A DNA stretch of 35,949 nt from Octopus bimaculoides (taxonomy: Eukaryota): the NCBI RefSeq assembly GCF_001194135.2, contig NC_068989.1, positions 25,576,978-25,612,926 of the forward strand. Direction: 5' to 3'. Below the pieces are notes generated by a model, which ran no database searches, was not told the origin of the DNA, and saw only the letters and a program-made list of their open reading frames with translations. Both the position numbers and the translations under genes were made by a program. Shown in pieces: positions 34,598 through 35,949 of this stretch (the first letter of the stretch is position 1; each line of letters starts with the position of its first letter).

Positions 34598-35269
34598 ATC
34601 AGCATATTGGCGTACAAATGTTTTTCTTTTGCCCTTATTTATAATTGTTTATATTTTCACGTTCAAAGGTATCTTAATATACAATTGTTCATAGTTCGCT
34701 TCTTGTCTTCATCTTCTTCCTTCCACCATCACTTCCAAGTTCCTTGTACGGTATCTAAAGAAGGTATATCTCTAACACGTAATTCAGTAGTACCTCGTTT
34801 TACGAACGCCACTGATTCACGAATAAATCGAGCTTTATATAGGTATATAAAGCACGAATAAATCGTGATCAGAGTTGTTCGAAAACTGACGTACTCCTGT
34901 ATTTTATAACTCTCCTTATTCTCCTTTCAGCGCCAACCTAATAGCATTGTGTACTGTTTTTTGTATTTTGTTTCCTTTATACAAACATAGATACACACGC
35001 ACATACATACATNNNNNNNNNNNNNNNNNNNNNNNNNNNNNNNNNNNNNNNNNNNNNNNNNNNNNNNNNNNNNNNNNNNNNNNNNNNNNNNNNNNNNNNN
35101 NNNNNNNNNNNNNNNNNNNNNNNNNNNNNNNNNNNNNNNNNNNNNNNNNNNNNNNNNNNNNNNNNNNNNNNNNNNNNNNNNNNNNNNNNNNNNNNNNNNN
35201 NNNNNNNNNNNNNNNNNNNNNNNNNNNNNNNNNNNNNNNNNNNNNACACACACACACACATACTCAGAA

Positions 35270-35712
35270 CGAATGTACACGGAGTATGATCATTGACAGA
35301 AACAGCAGTTGGCCAGCTATAGTGGCGCTTGGATAGCAATGCTATTATTTTTAATAATATTTATATCTCTTGCATATCTTTTCCCTGATCTTGGGTCGAA
35401 TTTTCACAGGGGTTTTCAACCGTGTAAACATGCAGAGATGTAGTGAATATTTTGAAATTGCGTTCGTTAACAGTACATTCAACTTAAGAGGACCAATCGG
35501 ATTCGTGTCTACGCACGTGATAGGAAAAGTTTGAAACTGCACTGTTGAATTATCGTTCATTGCTGTAACGGTCTTCGTAGATTTAAGACAGAGTTTTCCT
35601 ATATTCACTGCTTGCAAACACCTCTGCCTGTGAACATTCACTGAAGCTCTACATAGCACCGATAACTTACTGGCTGCTATTTCCAGCAATGATCGTGTTT
35701 CGTGTACATTCG
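35270..35712. mobile_element. Putative MITE with ~50-bp diverged TIRs
   Basis: cgaatgtacacg (35270-35281) is the perfect reverse complement of 35701-35712. The match continues inward (gatcattg...gaaa.agcag) with mostly transitions. Confidence 0.55.
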
Positions 35713-35772
35713 CTTTGTATTTATAATTCTACATTTTATGATGCATTATCACTTGTATACACGCAAACACCC

Positions 35773-35850
<78 letters not shown>
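35773..35850. repeat. (AT)n-(GT)n-(GA)n compound microsatellite
   Basis: Read directly from the sequence. Confidence 0.95.
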
Positions 35851-35854
<4 letters not shown>

Positions 35855-35949
35855 GAGGTGAAGTGAGAGATTATAAGAAAAGAAGTTATCCTGTCGGATA
35901 TCTCACAAATTGGTAGGGACGTCAGCTATCAACAACTGTCCATTACGTA

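Noticed and set aside
2316-35339. The many VC/YI/HT-rich and X-filled ORFs (for example 2316, 18349, 23977, 28422, 30118, 34916)
   Set aside because: Translations of dinucleotide or tetranucleotide repeats and of N gaps.
1-35949. CRISPR arrays, operons or other prokaryotic systems
   Set aside because: No regularly spaced repeat-spacer array or gene-dense coding. The repeat content is animal.

Overview
AT-rich, microsatellite-dense, gapped eukaryotic draft sequence (ten N-runs). It is most likely intronic or intergenic DNA from a coleoid cephalopod (Octopus-like); this is inferred from repeat families I recognise from memory, not from a search. No intact protein-coding gene is present, and most ORF-track entries are microsatellite read-throughs or transposon debris. 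Supported content: (1) a decayed DD34D mariner with both TIRs (444-1538); (2) a minimal type I hammerhead-ribozyme fold of the Penelope-associated kind (2723-2767); (3) three R4/Dong-like restriction-like-endonuclease LINEs separated by trinucleotide microsatellites (4.6-12.9 kb); (4) seven copies of one tRNA-derived SINE, all on the minus strand, one inserted in frame at a LINE endonuclease motif with a 20-bp TSD; (5) a second SINE family; (6) a Tc1/mariner transposase remnant; (7) an internally deleted Helitron with both termini (22639-23741); (8) two Penelope-like GIY-YIG remnants; (9) several hairpins and inverted repeats. Weak traces of a plus-strand host gene are a 27-nt candidate microexon, a candidate ATG exon and AG|GT ratchet-like sites. 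All family assignments rest on motif recognition by eye.
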